Source of the DNA: Octopus vulgaris
Taxonomy: Eukaryota
Reading direction: 5' to 3'
Length of the DNA: 64,000 bases
NCBI GenBank assembly: GCA_951406725.2
Contig: OX597819.1
Location: 48,546,001 to 48,610,000 of the forward strand
This document shows positions 42,285 through 57,191 of this stretch, piece after piece. The notes below the pieces were generated by a model. It worked only from the letters and a program-made list of their open reading frames with translations, searched no databases and had not been told where the DNA came from. Position 1 is the first letter of the stretch. Each line of letters starts with the position of its first letter. A program made the translations under genes and the position numbers.

Positions 42285-44245
42285 TATAAACAATAAATTA
42301 AATAAAGAGATTCAATTGACAATCCAATAATTTATTTATATTATAACATAACATATTATGAATATAATATAAGATAACATTTAAAAAAAATCATTAAAAA
42401 ACCCAATAGAGCCAACAATTTGCTTCAACTTATATACATTATTTGATTTATAAACAATTCATATCCACTTATATAAGTCTCTTCAGAGCTTTGGTTTATA
42501 GACAGACAAAATTCCATGTCAAAGGATGGCAGGATTGTAAAAAACTCAACTGAAATGCCTATGTATTATAATAGACAAAGATTGTTTCAACCTAGGTTGC
42601 ATATGAGGTGCAGCAACATCGAAGGAAAATTAACCGAGAAGATAGCTTTTGTGTGTGGCATATGCACAGGGACAAATAGACACCACAGATACTCAGAAAA
42701 CAGATTCCATCACACTCCAGGGGAAGAAACTAGAAGTAGTTGATAGTTTCCGCTCCCTAGGTGACCAAGTTAGTAGTGGCGGTGGATGCTTAGAGAGTGT
42801 CACCACTAGAATACGAATAGCCTGGGCAAAGTTTAGAAAGCTTCTACCTCTACTGGTGACAAAGGGTCTCTCGCTTAGAGTGAAAGGTAGATTGTACAAT
42901 GCATGTGTGCGAACTGCCATGCTTCACGGTAGTGAAACATGGTCTGTGACTGCAGTGGACATGCGTAAGCTTGAAAGAAATGAAGCTAGCATGATCCGCT
43001 GGATGTGTAATGTCAGTGTGCACACACGACAGAGTGTAAGTGCCCTGAGAGAAATGCTGGACATAAGAAGCATCGGATGTGGCATGCAGGAGAGACGTTT
43101 GCGCTGGTATGGTCATGTACTATGGATGGATGAGGAGAGATGTGTGAAGAAGTGCCACTCCCAAACAGTTGAAGGAATCCGGGGTAGAGGTAGACCCAGG
43201 AAGACATGGGATGAAGTGGTGAAGCATGACCTTCGAACGTTGGGCCTTACAGAGGCAATGATGAAAGACTGAGATCTCTGGAGATATGCTGTGACTGTGA
43301 AGACTCGACAAATGACGTGAGTTCATAGCTGTTTCCTGCACCAGTTTCACATAGCAGCCCCAGCCCATCCAAAGTACTTTGGATCGCAGAATGGCCTGCT
43401 GTGCTTACCTCGGATCGTAGGGTGACCTGATGTGCTTGAGGAGACCTATTGAGTCAAGTACATCAACATCAAAATAAAAATCAAATGGAAAATTGTAGTT
43501 GTGATACCTGTGCCAGTGGCACGTAAAAAGCACCATCTGAATGTGGCCGATGCCAGCGCCGCCTTGACTGACTTCCATGCTGGTGGCACGTACAAAGCAC
43601 CAACCGATCATGGCTGCTGCCAGCCTCCCCTGGCACCTGTGCCGGTGGCATGTAAAAAGCACTCACTACACTCACTGAGTGGTTGGCATTAGGAAGGAGA
43701 TCCAGCTGTAGAAACACTGCCAGATCAGACTGGAGCCTGGTGCAGCCTCCTGGCTTCCCAGACCCCCAGTCAAACCGTCCAACCCATGCTAGCATGGAAA
43801 ATGGACGTTAAACGATGGTTATGATGATGATGATATATAGAAATATATTTCAATAGTTGTAGATTCTAATTACTTGATTATTTTGTCCATTATAATTTTG
43901 TTGTTTTTTTAATTGTAATTGTCTATGAACCAAAACTCTGAAGAGACTTATATAAGTGGACATGAATTGTTTATAAATTAAATAATGTATATAAGTCAAA
44001 ACAGATTGTTAGCTCTTTTGGTTTATCAATGATTTTTTATGTTATCTTATATTATATTCATAGTATATTATGTTTTTTTTATAATATAAATAAATTATTG
44101 GATTGTTAATTAAATCTCTCTATTTAATTTATTGCTTATAATTTGCATTATACACATATTTATGTGGTATTCAACTGACATGCCAGTGAATTGGATGTTT
44201 TACATACCCCTTTGAAGGAATTCCTTTCCTTAGCTTGTTACTTTA
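42285..44245. mobile_element. PLE-type element with about 220-bp inverted arms (42285-42504 / 43920-44140), interrupted by an RTE; hammerhead motif in each arm
   Basis: Two-arm consensus AGCT-CTGAAGA-GACTTATATA...TATATAAGTC-GAAA-CAAATTG-TT-AGCT (43934-44014 on +, 42410-42490 on -). Confidence 0.8.
42600..43835 (+). mobile_element. 5'-truncated RTE LINE (second subfamily)
   Basis: HMRCSNIEGKL..FVCGIC, LHGSETW, RLRWYGH, GRGRPRKTW; 3' UTR and (GAT)n tail. Confidence 0.93.
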
Positions 44246-44255
44246 TATATATATG

Positions 44256-44354
<99 letters not shown>

Positions 44355-44847
44355 TATATATATGTATATATATATATATTTATATATATATGTATGTATA
44401 TATATGTGTGTGTATATATATATATATATATATTACACTCACCTGATAGTCGAAAAACCCTGTTTGTTTTGTTCTATTTTTGTTTTAATTGTATAATTAT
44501 ATTTCATATGTTATGTTTGTCCGTTAGTTGAAAGACTCTTTCTGTTGTTTACTTATTTGTTTTCATATATGTACATTTGTTTGCCTTGTCCAGAGGCTTA
44601 ATGCTTTTGGTTTAAGTCCCTGGCCAACCGGTTTTGAGTAGTATTGGATAAAAGTGGGCAAAACTATGTGGACATTCTGGACTCTGACTGAAGGGGCAAT
44701 TGGCTGCGCATGATCTGTGTATCTTGCTTTGTCCTGTTTGCTGTTGTTGTGCTATTGCCCCTTTTCTGCATGTTGTATTTTGACAGTTTCCGTTTGTTAT
44801 GTTTTTTCTGCCCTACCTTTGATTTATATATATATATATATATAATA

Positions 44848-44952
<105 letters not shown>

Positions 44953-45240
44953 TAATGGGTTTTGGTTAGCCTGGGGCTCTAGTAGACAGACTTGGTTAAA
45001 TTTCCATGCAGTAGGACTGAACTCAGAACCATATGGCTGGAAAGGAAACTTCTCAACCGTTCAGCCATGCCTGAATGGTAATATCTTATTACAGACAGTA
45101 ATATATTATTTCAGTCAGATTAGTTCTCAACCTGGATGGTAGCACCTCCCTTGGGGCTTTGTGAGCTCTTAAAGAGATGGCAATTATCAAGGGGACACTA
45201 TGCGGTGCACCTGCTGTTTGAAGGTGGGGGTGTGATAAAA

Positions 45241-45484
45241 TATTGGTTTCAAATTTTGGAACAAGGTCAGCAATTTTGGTGGGTGGGGTAAGTTGATCAC
45301 ATCAACCCCAGTATTCAACTGGTACCTATTTTATTAATCCCGAAAGGATGAAAGGTAAAGTTGACCCCAAAAAGATGAAAGGTAAAGTCAACTCCGGTGG
45401 CTTTTGAACTCAGAATGTAAAGTTGGAAGAAATGCTAACCATTTTTTCCAGCATAGTAATGATTTTGCCAGCTTGCTGCCCTAG
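45241..45484 (-). mobile_element. SINE family C-related copy with 11-bp TSD
   Basis: Core GACTTTACCTTTCATC on the minus strand, locally duplicated; TSD GTGTGATAAAA at 45230 and 45485. Confidence 0.7.
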
Positions 45485-45894
45485 TGTGATAAAAATAGTG
45501 AAAACATGTGTTTAAAATACAAGAATTGTATTTGATTTCATTGATAAAATATTGAAACCAAATACAATTCTTTTAGGTAAGTCTGAGGAAGAAAGGAAGC
45601 ATCCATGACTTTTTTTACCAGACCTCTGAGACTGGATGAAAGTAGGTGGATGGTAAGTGAGACATAAATTGTAACATGTGTGTTGCTTATAGTAGGATGC
45701 ATTATCAAGTTTATTCTCATACAGGATGCTTGATCTGATTGCTTATAAATCAGTAGATTCCAGTAAAAGCACCCAACCCCAAATGGGGTTATGATGGATT
45801 AAGTCTTGTTGGTTTTGCATTGTCATCAATACTTCTGTAACTCGCTTTTGTTTTTCTTGGTAGTAGGGCTGGCTCTATGTAAATTCATTTATAC

Positions 45895-46050
45895 TTCTAG
45901 GAAGAGGTGGTCCATGTTAGACTGGCCTCTTTCCTTTGATCTGTCCAGCATGGGAGGCCCTACCACAAGCTTGTGTTCCACTAACATAGCTCTCAGGGCC
46001 ATTGAGTTACACAAACCACTGCGCCATAAGGGCTGGACCTTGTGGTGGAA
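45895..46050 (-). mobile_element. Probable 5' end of an old RTE/BovB-like element (copy at about 53907-54062)
   Basis: Minus strand GGTTTGTGTAACTCAATG.CCCTGAGAGCTATG...GGTAGGGCCTCCCATGCTGGACAG resembles RTE 5' UTRs as I recall them; not verified by search. Confidence 0.45.
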
Positions 46051-47149
46051 GGTTATTGTAGATGATATTTTGTCAAAGTACTAGCTGGACAATAGGATTG
46101 AAATATGAACAATATGAACCTTGAAATAATGTGAACTCTGAACAATTACATTAAAGCCAAATTTTTATCCATAACGCCAAGCATGCATCCATAAACATTA
46201 TTCCTTGTGCCCATACACAGCTACGAACTCTGTGCCTATGATTCTCTAGTCTTGCATCAATTGTTGTCCATACACTTCTACGCCAACACACAACATGTTT
46301 TATGTCATTTTATGCACATCCTAACCATTTACAATGGTTGATAGATCTCTTAAGGGTGTATTGTTCAGAAACTTTTTGGATTTAGAGGAAAGGTGTTTTC
46401 TTTCTTTTTAGTTTCAGTTTTTATTGTGTCTGATGAAATGCAAAAAAACATCTCTCTTTTTTCTCTCTTTAATTGCTTCGTTGTCAATCTAAAGGAATAC
46501 ATCAAGAAGCCAAGAAGCAAAGAAGATTAATTTTTCTGCCAACTGAATCAGTTGCTATATTTCCTGTCAATCATGAAAACTGGGGGGTTGTTATCATTAC
46601 ACTTACTCCCTTTCTTTTTCCACTTTTCCTCGCTTCCTGTTTCTATTATATAAAAGTATTGAAAAGAACAGGTTTGCATGTTTAGATTCCCTATTTTATA
46701 CTCTGTTTTTGGCCCCTAACCACTGACTGTCTCCCACTAATCACTGACCAAACTGTTGTCTAATATCAAGTTTGTAGGATTAATTAAAAAATATGAAGAA
46801 ATCTCACTTCAGACTTCTTATTGGCTGCTTTAGCTTTGAGCCAATACTTTTCAGTAATTTTTTTTTTCTGTTGCATTATAATTTAATTGAAATTCTTTTT
46901 ATTTTGAATATTTGTTTCATCAGCTGGATGCTGTTCCTTTGGCTAAAATACTAACAAAACATCCAGTAAGGTAATAATATGCCTTAAAATATAAGGCATC
47001 AATCATGTCAACTAACCAATGGGCATTCTCACAGTTGCTTAGTTTCAGAAAGAATTCTATTGTACTCTTTGCTTTTTATCATATCATAGTATATGATACA
47101 CATGCATACACTCACACAGACACTTGGATGTATGTGTATATGGAAACAT

Positions 47150-47214
47150 ATAATCCCATCAGCAGCATTATGATCCTTTTCCTCTTACTCTGTTTCCTGC
47201 TCCTCCTCCATCTT

Positions 47215-47246
<32 letters not shown>

Positions 47247-47610
47247 TGTTGTCATTAATGGTGCTGTCATTACATTGTCCATCATTAACACCATTATTAC
47301 CAAGAGCACTGCTGTCATCACCATCACCATCACCATCATCATTATCATCATTGCCAACATTGTCATTATTCTTACCATTACTGTCATATCTTCATCATTA
47401 CTGCTGCTGCTGCTGCCAGCATTATCACCCTCACTGCCACAGCCACTGTTGCTGCTGCCAACATCATCATCACCACCACCACCACTACCACTACCACCTG
47501 CATTGTTATCACTATCACCTGCCTCATCTTCATCACCTGCATCATCATTATGTCCTCCCTACATAACCACCACTTACATCCTCCTCCTCCTCTTCCCCCC
47601 ACCATCATTA
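47150..47610. repeat. Degenerate trinucleotide low-complexity tract (CAT/CAC/CTG/CCT); copy at about 55160-55620
   Basis: Read directly; it produces poly-I/L/H/M ORFs in several frames. Confidence 0.9.
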
Positions 47611-49131
47611 TGGCTTCTGGAGTCCATTTTCATATAAAGCTCTCCATGCTAAAATAAGTAAAAAGCATTTGATTTAAATGTCAAAGAGGAATAGTTGAAA
47701 TGAATGGTTAAAAGTGGAAATCTGTTGACTAAATTTTGACATTGTTCAGCTATCACTGAATTAGCCTTCAACAATGCAGAGCTACAGAAGGAGGAGGAGG
47801 AGAAGGAGAAAATGCCGTGGAAACTGTTGATTTTGTTCTCTATCTTGTGTGGGTGGTATAGAAGGGCAGACATTAGAATATAATAAAGAATAAAATTTCT
47901 TTCAATATAGATTTTTCTACAAGTTTGTGAAGTGACTTTTGAAAAAAATTTTAAAAGAATTTTTTACATATTTGTGTCTGACATGTTCTAAAATGAGCTG
48001 CCTGTGTCTATTCAATTTATATATATATATACACATACATACATATACATATATATGTAACCCCCCCCCTATATATCTATATACATATACATATATAAAA
48101 GAAATTTGTTAAAAATGCAGAAACCATATAACCATAAAATTGCATTATTTTCATTTTGTAACAATGACAACAACAACAACACCAACAACAGCATGAATAA
48201 AAAAAAATGAGTGAATAAAAATAAGCCTTACTGTACAGACAGACAGGTTAATATTTCTGTTGTTCGGTACAAGGTGAATATTACTGTTGTTCAGTACAAA
48301 TGGCAGACATCTGTCATGCTGAAGGACAGAGGCATGATTTGTGTGGGTAGAGTTTTGTTGTGGTGGAGATCTATTCATTCAGAACAAGTGAAACCAATCA
48401 CAGTTATGTCAAAAAGTTCCCTTTAAACTTAAAAACTTTTTTTTATGCAACTTGTAGATAAACCTGTGACTTCAAAATCTGAACTAAGAACACTCTACAG
48501 TTATTGATATACTACTGCTCTTTAACCCTTTCTCTTCTTTCTTCCCCTTCACATGTCCATCTTTTATAAAAAATATTTGGCATTCCATTTTAGAAATTAT
48601 TATTTCTTTATTATGTATGAGAGATTGATTTATTTGGTAGAATATTTGATTTAAAACAGAAAAAGAAAAAAAATTCTCTTTGGTGCAAGTTGAAATGAGC
48701 ACGTAATTCACTTTAACAACTAAAGAATGCCAATGGCTCCAAGATTCTATAACTCTGAAATGAGATATCATTGTGGATAAGAATTGATTTCTTTCAGATG
48801 TGATCTTCAAACATCTTTGTGTATATATAAAACAATATTTATGCCAATATTTTATCTAAATGTTGACAGGTATCGTATTATTTAGATTTTGCATATAATA
48901 TCATGCTATAGATATATAAAATATTTTTACTATGACACTTCAGAATACAATATTTGAAACGTGTGTGTGTGTGTGTGTTTGTGTGCATGCACGCATGTGT
49001 GTGTTGTAGTGGAAGGTTATTTCACAATGGTGTGAAAAGCAATTAAAAATGTTTTCAATACTGTTAGGGTTGTAGATTAATAATGTTTATTCAAATTTGG
49101 ATTCGTTAGATGGAAACTGGAAGAAGCCCAT

Positions 49132-49181
<50 letters not shown>

Positions 49182-49421
49182 TGTGTGCATGTGTCTTTAT
49201 GTTTGTGTTTGACCCTGTAACTTAGCAGTTTGGCAAAACTGACTAGGCTTCAAAAAAATATTAAGTTCTGGAGTTGATTTGTTTGACTAAAATTCTTCTA
49301 GGTGGTGCTCCAGTATGACCGCAGTCTAACTACTGAAACAAGTAGAGTATAAAAGATAAATGTAAATTAATGTTTTGCAATCCTGTAAAAAACAAACAGA
49401 AAACCCCCAAAAACATATGAA

Positions 49422-49738
49422 GGCGGTGAGCTGGCAGAAACGTTAGCACGCTGGGCAAAATATTTAGCGGCATTTCGTCTGCCGTTACGTTCTGAGTTCA
49501 AATTCTGCCGAGGTCGACTTTGCCTTTCATCCTTTCGGGGTCGATAAATTAAGTACCAGTTATGCAATGGGGTCAATGTAATCGACTTAATCCCTTTGTC
49601 TGTCCTTGTTTGTCTCTTCTATGTTTAGCCCCTTGGGGGCAATAAAAAAATAAAAAACACATCATAAACCCACTTACCAGAAATTATTCTCAATACTGAC
49701 TCAGCAGGGGATAAACAAAATTCAGAAGGGTAAAAATA
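49422..49738 (+). mobile_element. SINE family C copy with an extra 3' segment of about 85 bp (duplicate at about 57452-57770)
   Basis: The extension matches 14023-14112; the whole unit is bounded by AAAAACA(T/C)ATGA at 49409 and 49739. Confidence 0.85.
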
Positions 49739-51699
49739 AAAAACACATGATTTCTCTTCAAACAGCTTGTATTATTCCACAACTTTGAGGTGTGGAAAGT
49801 GTTGATTAAAATTTATAATGTATGTGCATTAAAATATTATAGGAGGCTATTCTAAGGAAGGGAAACAATCATAATTATAAACTCGTATTCAACTCAATTT
49901 GCTATCCAGCCAGTCAGAATCTTCTGAAATTGTTTTGTCTGTTCTTATTTAGGGAAGCAACTCCTGTAGGAACAGCAATTAGATTTATTTAATTATTCAA
50001 ATCATTGTAATATAAAAGTATAGTGAGAGAATTTTATTTGTTTTGTGTCATTCTTGACTTATGACACGTTTTTAATTGTTTTACTAGAGAGAATCTTTGT
50101 TAAGTCATTGTAGATGTTGTCAGGTCTATTAGCAAAAGCTGACAAGTAGTACAAATCTTTGATATCAGATGCTTGCTGTCACTTTATATCTCATTAGCTG
50201 ATCCACAATGTCAGGCAAACAACAAATAGATATCTCCCTAGATAGGAACTTCAAATGCTGGAATTTGAGCTGTCAAAGAATTAATGCCATTGTCAGTGGC
50301 ATATCTTTCCTTAAAAGAATTGGTATCTGATGAGGTGTTAGCTTTGTTGATCACCTTTAGAAGCAATGTCTACAGCTTTGCAGATACTTTTTAACACCAT
50401 TGATCAAAGTGTTAGTTGGCAGAGAAAATATTTTTCCACCTACAGCCTGTAACAGTCTCATGCGATTGATGGAAATGTAACTTTCTCATTTCTCATTTCA
50501 GTTTATGAACAGCTTTTGCTGTCATTGTAATACAAGTTCTGTGATGAAATAGTGTATCTCTACCTTCAGAACAGTTTCATCATGCAAGTTGTTAAATGAA
50601 CACAGTTCCTGATGTCTTTAATGATTTGTTCAGTAACTTCTGAACCATTTTCAGTTGATCTGATGACAACATTTTAGCTGCTTGCAGCAACTTTCATAAA
50701 TTGTCTGTATGTTAGTACAAGAATTAGCTGTGACTTAGTTGAATAAAGAAATTAATTACATGTAGTTCTGTCTGGCTATGACCATTAATACAAGAGAGAT
50801 AACCATTACCTCACAACACAATGTGGAATAAGAAATTTGAATTTAAAATTACAGAAGAAAATGTTCAGAGTTCACATATCTAATTTCTTTTTATCTTCTA
50901 TGAAGTTCTTACAATTTCTAGTTGCTCATAATCATGTATAGCACTATTTCATTATTTTTGGAAGTCTTCAGTATGATTTAACCTGTAACTTATTGATTAG
51001 CTATTTATGAAAACAGTCATTTCATTAAAATTAAAAATGAAATTAATTATTTCAGTCTGAGGGAAATTCATGTTTTTCTGTGAGTTCATAGTTGTTAGTG
51101 TTCTGTGTTCAAATCCTGCTAAGGTCAACTTTGCTATTGATCCTTTTAAGGATCAATAAAAAACAAAACAAATGAATCCCGAGTAGTAGATTGGTAGAAC
51201 TGTTAGAGCTCCAGGAAAGATGTTTTGTAATACCTGTTCTGGCACCTTGCAATATCTGTGATGAAATTGGCACTAAGCTATATCAGCTCTAAGATGGCAG
51301 CCTTTCCCTTGGATAACACTGGCAACATGGAGAGAAGCTTACATATATAGACTCTGTCAGCTATCTTCAAAAAACAAAAAAGCTTTACCTAGGCTTGTGC
51401 GGACACATGGTCAACTCTGATTGACAGAGGTCCTGGAGCTTGGATTCAACCACGAGGTCCTGAATATCAGCTTCCAGTAGTGGTTGTACACATTATTGCC
51501 AATTCTCAAATAAGACTCAATAATCAAGTATTCCCTGAAAGAAAGCAAATATATTCCCCATTTAGTTACACAATAAAAATTTGCTTTGAATTCAGAAATT
51601 TGTATGAAGTTAATATATCACTGGGTATTAATTTACTTTCAACCTTTTGCATGGTTTTCTTCAACTCACCAAGTAAATTCTTTCTCTTTGGTGAAATTT

Positions 51700-51880
51700 G
51701 ATTAAAATAATCTACCTCTGCCATCTGAGGACATGCTTATAAAATCAAAAAACAGCGCAGCACCCATGACTTTTAGAAACTTTTTGTGTTCAGAATTGTT
51801 GAAGCATGGAATAAACTATTCGTGTCTATCATTAGCTATCAGGACATTGCATTCTTAAAAAATTCTATGCATCCTGAAAG
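51700..51880 (+). mobile_element. CR1-clade LINE 3' fragment (copy at about 59730-59910)
   Basis: GHAYKIKKQRSTHDF...FRIVEAWNKL matches the CR1 C-terminal pattern RGHxxK...FFxxRxVxxWNxL. Confidence 0.65.
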
Positions 51881-53249
51881 TTGCTAACACTACTCCCGAT
51901 GTGCATATGTACCCTTTCCTCTTCCCAGCTCTCTTACTGTCCACTTTTCTGAGTTCTTGTGTTTTACCTCATGGAAGGTTATCCAGCTGTAAAAACCATG
52001 CCAAAACAGACAGTGAAGCCTGGTGCAGTCTTCTGCCTAGTCAGCTCCTGTCAAACTTGAGTTGACAGGCATGGGTTGGAACCCATGCCTGTCAACTCAA
52101 GTCAAAATTTCCAACTCCTGCCAGCATGGAATATTGACATTATATGATGATGATGATGATGACAATGATGACTATGCTTTTATTTTTGGCTTTCACTGCT
52201 TTCTTTCTTTATATGAATTAACACTGCTCTCTGTCCCCTCTTTTACCATTTTCCAATGAGCTCTTGCAGACCTGAGAAATGCTCAATGTAGCAGACCTAG
52301 TAATCTATTGCATTGTACTTTTTTTTCATTGTTGTATAAGAATGTGTGGTCAAGAAAGTTTGTTGCTTCATACTTACATGGTTTTAGGGTTAGTCCCACT
52401 GTGTGATACCTTGGACAAGCATCTTCTACGAAAGCTTTGGGCTTACCAAAGCCTTGTGAATGGATTTGGTAGACAGCTATTGAAAGAAGCACATTTTGTG
52501 TGTGTGCGTGCGCGCGCGCGTGCGTGTGTGTGTGTGTGTGTGTGTTTGTGTGTGTGTGAGTGTGAGTGTGCACCAAATTGTGCCTACTTCACCAAGTTAA
52601 TCTTTCAAAACAAAGTCAGCCATTATGGAACAAAATTTATTTTGTCACTGATTGTTCATTGCTTACTATGGTTGTTGATACCTGAAATTGTTTAATAATC
52701 TATTTAACACGGGTTTTGAAACAAAACAAGACAGTTTCCCTGCAGTCAGTTGACATTTTATTTAATTATGTTAACCAAACAAATCAAAGTGTTTAACCCT
52801 TTCAGACCTACAGCCTCATGGATGAACACTTAAGTATATTAACTTCTAAAACAGTATAATGATTCTAATATTATTTTTAAATTCATTCCATCGAATTTGA
52901 GTCTAAGGAATTAACCCAACATCTATATTAATTACTGTTATTTGCTAAAACATTTTGAAGACAGAAAGTAATACATCATAACTGTATCGTTCTGCTTTCT
53001 ACCTGGATCCAAATTTTTTGCAGATTTTATCCATGACCACATAGTTAAGTTTTGAAGAAAAAAATCAGCCAAAGTCAATTATTTTTATAAAGTCAACCAT
53101 TTTTATAAGATGTATTCTAACAGAATTCATATAGTCTTTTTTTTTTTTTTGCCTGCTTTTGGCATGCTAACACAAGTTAGACAAATGTATGTTGTTGGAG
53201 CATTGTTTTACAACCAGATATTCTTGTTGTTGCTTGAGCTTGCATGTTT

Positions 53250-53349
53250 NNNNNNNNNNNNNNNNNNNNNNNNNNNNNNNNNNNNNNNNNNNNNNNNNNN
53301 NNNNNNNNNNNNNNNNNNNNNNNNNNNNNNNNNNNNNNNNNNNNNNNNN
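53250..53349. other. Assembly gap (100 N)
   Basis: Run of 100 n characters. Confidence 1.
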
Positions 53350-55223
53350 ATCCCGAAAGGATGAAAGGTAAAGTTGACCCCAAAAAGATGAAAGGTAAAG
53401 TCAACTCCGGTGGCTTTTGAACTCAGAATGTAAAGTTGGAAGAAATGCTAACCATTTTTTCCAGCATAGTAATGATTTTGCCAGCTTGCTGCCCTAGTGT
53501 GATAAAAATAGTGAAAACATGTGTTTAAAATACAAGAATTGTATTTGATTTCATTGATAAAATATTGAAACCAAATACAATTCTTTTAGGTAAGTCTGAG
53601 GAAGAAAGGAAGCATCCATGACTTTTTTTACCAGACCTCTGAGACTGGATGAAAGTAGGTGGATGGTAAGTGAGACATAAATTGTAACATGTGTGTTGCT
53701 TATAGTAGGATGCATTATCAAGTTTATTCTCATACAGGATGCTTGATCTGATTGCTTATAAATCAGTAGATTCCAGTAAAGCACCCAACCCCAAATGGGG
53801 TTATGATGGATTAAGTCTTGTTGGTTTTGCATTGTCATCAATACTTCTGTAACTCGCTTTTGTTTTTCTTGGTAGTAGGGCTGGCTCTATGTAAATTCAT
53901 TTATACTTCTAGGAAGAGGTGGTCCATGTTAGACTGGCCTCTTTCCTTTGATCTGTCCAGCATGGGAGGCCCTACCACAAGCTTGTGTTCCACTAACATA
54001 GCTCTCAGGGCCATTGAGTTACACAAACCACTGCGCCATAAGGGCTGGACCTTGTGGTGGAAGGTTATTGTAGATGATATTTTGTCAAAGTACTAGCTGG
54101 ACAATAGGATTGAAATATGAACAATATGAACCTTGAAATAATGTGAACTCTGAACAATTACATTAAAGCCAAATTTTTATCCATAACGCCAAGCATGCAT
54201 CCATAAACATTATTCCTTGTGCCCATACACAGCTACGAACTCTGTGCCTATGATTCTCTAGTCTTGCATCAATTGTTGTCCATACACTTCTACGCCAACA
54301 CACAACATGTTTTATGTCATTTTATGCACATCCTAACCATTTACAATGGTTGATAGATCTCTTAAGGGTGTATTGTTCAGAAACTTTTGGATTTAGAGGA
54401 AAGGTGTTTTCTTTCTTTTTAGTTTCAGTTTTTATTGTGTCTGATGAAATGCAAAAAAACATCTCTCTTTTTCTCTCTTTAATTGCTTCGTTGTCAATCT
54501 AAAGGAATACATCAAGAAGCCAAGAAGCAAAGAAGATTAATTTTTCTGCCAACTGAATCAGTTGCTATATTTCCTGTCAATCATGAAAACTGGGGGTTGT
54601 TATCATTACACTTACTCCCTTTCTTTTTCCACTTTTCCTCGCTTCCTGTTTCTATTATATAAAAGTATTGAAAAGAACAGGTTTGCATGTTTAGATTCCC
54701 TATTTTATACTCTGCTTTTGGCCCCTAACCACTGACTGTCTCCCACTAATCACTGACCAAACTGTTGTCTAATATCAAGTTTGTAGGATTAATTAAAAAA
54801 TATGAAGAAATCTCACTTCAGACTTCTTATTGGCTGCTTTAGCTTTGAGCCAATACTTTTCAGTAATTTTTTTTTTCTGTTGCATTATAATTTAATTGAA
54901 ATTCTTTTTATTTTGAATATTTGTTTCATCAGCTGGATGCTGTTCCTTTGGCTAAAATACTAACAAAACATCCAGTAAGGTAATAATATGCCTTAAAATA
55001 TAAGGCATCAATCATGTCAACTAACCAATGGGCATTCTCACAGTTGCTTAGTTTCAGAAAGAATTCTATTGTACTCTTTGCTTTTTATCATATCATAGTA
55101 TATGATACACATGCATACACTCACACAGACACTTGGATGTATGTGTATATGGAAACATATAATCCCATCAGCAGCATTATGATCCTTTTCCTCTTACTCT
55201 GTTTCCTGCTCCTCCTCCATCTT

Positions 55224-55255
<32 letters not shown>

Positions 55256-57137
55256 TGTTGTCATTAATGGTGCTGTCATTACATTGTCCATCATTAACAC
55301 CATTATTACCAAGAGCACTGCTGTCATCACCATCACCATCACCATCATCATTATCATCATTGCCAACATTGTCATTATTCTTACCATTACTGTCATATCT
55401 TCATCATTACTGCTGCTGCTGCTGCCAGCATTATCACCCTCACTGCCACAGCCACTGTTGCTGCTGCCAACATCATCATCACCACCACCACCACTACCAC
55501 TACCACCTGCATTGTTATCACTATCACCTGCCTCATCTTCATCACCTGCATCATCATTATGTCCTCCCTACATAACCACCACTTACATCCTCCTCCTCCT
55601 CTTCCCCCCACCATCATTATGGCTTCTGGAGTCCATTTTCATATAAAGCTCTCCATGCTAAAATAAGTAAAAAGCATTTGATTTAAATGTCAAAGAGGAA
55701 TAGTTGAAATGAATGGTTAAAAGTGGAAATCTGTTGACTAAATTTTGACATTGTTCAGCTATCACTGAATTAGCCTTCAACAATGCAGAGCTACAGAAGG
55801 AGGAGGAGGAGAAGGAGAAAATGCCGTGGAAACTGTTGATTTTGTTCTCTATCTTGTGTGGGTGGTATAGAAGGGCAGACATTAGAATATAATAAAGAAT
55901 AAAATTTCTTTCAATATAGATTTTTCTACAAGTTTGTGAAGTGACTTTTGAAAAAAATTTTAAAAGAATTTTTTACATATTTGTGTCTGACATGTTCTAA
56001 AATGAGCTGCCTGTGTCTATTCAATTTATATATATATATACACATACATACATATACATATATATGTAACCCCCCCCCTATATATCTATATACATATACA
56101 TATATAAAAGAAATTTGTTAAAAATGCAGAAACCATATAACCATAAAATTGCATTATTTTCATTTTGTAACAATGACAACAACAACAACACCAACAACAG
56201 CATGAATAAAAAAAAATGAGTGAATAAAAATAAGCCTTACTGTACAGACAGACAGGTTAATATTTCTGTTGTTCGGTACAAGGTGAATATTACTGTTGTT
56301 CAGTACAAATGGCAGACATCTGTCATGCTGAAGGACAGAGGCATGATTTGTGTGGGTAGAGTTTTGTTGTGGTGGAGATCTATTCATTCAGAACAAGTGA
56401 AACCAATCACAGTTATGTCAAAAAGTTCCCTTTAAACTTAAAAACTTTTTTTTATGCAACTTGTAGATAAACCTGTGACTTCAAAATCTGAACTAAGAAC
56501 ACTCTACAGTTATTGATATACTACTGCTCTTTAACCCTTTCTCTTCTTTCTTCCCCTTCACATGTCCATCTTTTATAAAAAATATTTGGCATTCCATTTT
56601 AGAAATTATTATTTCTTTATTATGTATGAGAGATTGATTTATTTGGTAGAATATTTGATTTAAAACAGAAAAAGAAAAAAAATTCTCTTTGGTGCAAGTT
56701 GAAATGAGCACGTAATTCACTTTAACAACTAAAGAATGCCAATGGCTCCAAGATTCTATAACTCTGAAATGAGATATCATTGTGGATAAGAATTGATTTC
56801 TTTCAGATGTGATCTTCAAACATCTTTGTGTATATATAAAACAATATTTATGCCAATATTTTATCTAAATGTTGACAGGTATCGTATTATTTAGATTTTG
56901 CATATAATATCATGCTATAGATATATAAAATATTTTTACTATGACACTTCAGAATACAATATTTGAAACGTGTGTGTGTGTGTGTTTGTGTGCATGCACG
57001 CATGTGTGTGTTGCAGTGGAAGGTTATTTCACAATGGTGTGAAAAGCAATTAAAAATGTTTTCAATACTGTTAGGGTTGTAGATTAATAATGTTTATTCA
57101 AATTTGGATTCGTTAGATGGAAACTGGAGAAGCCCAT

Positions 57138-57191
<54 letters not shown>

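Noticed and set aside
47005-47637. 210-aa hydrophobic, proline-rich ORF (duplicated at 55014)
   Set aside because: It arises from degenerate trinucleotide repeats that are open in several frames on both strands.
50100-50710. Coding-like composition on the minus strand
   Set aside because: Stops in all frames and no identifiable motif; possibly an ancient transposon remnant.
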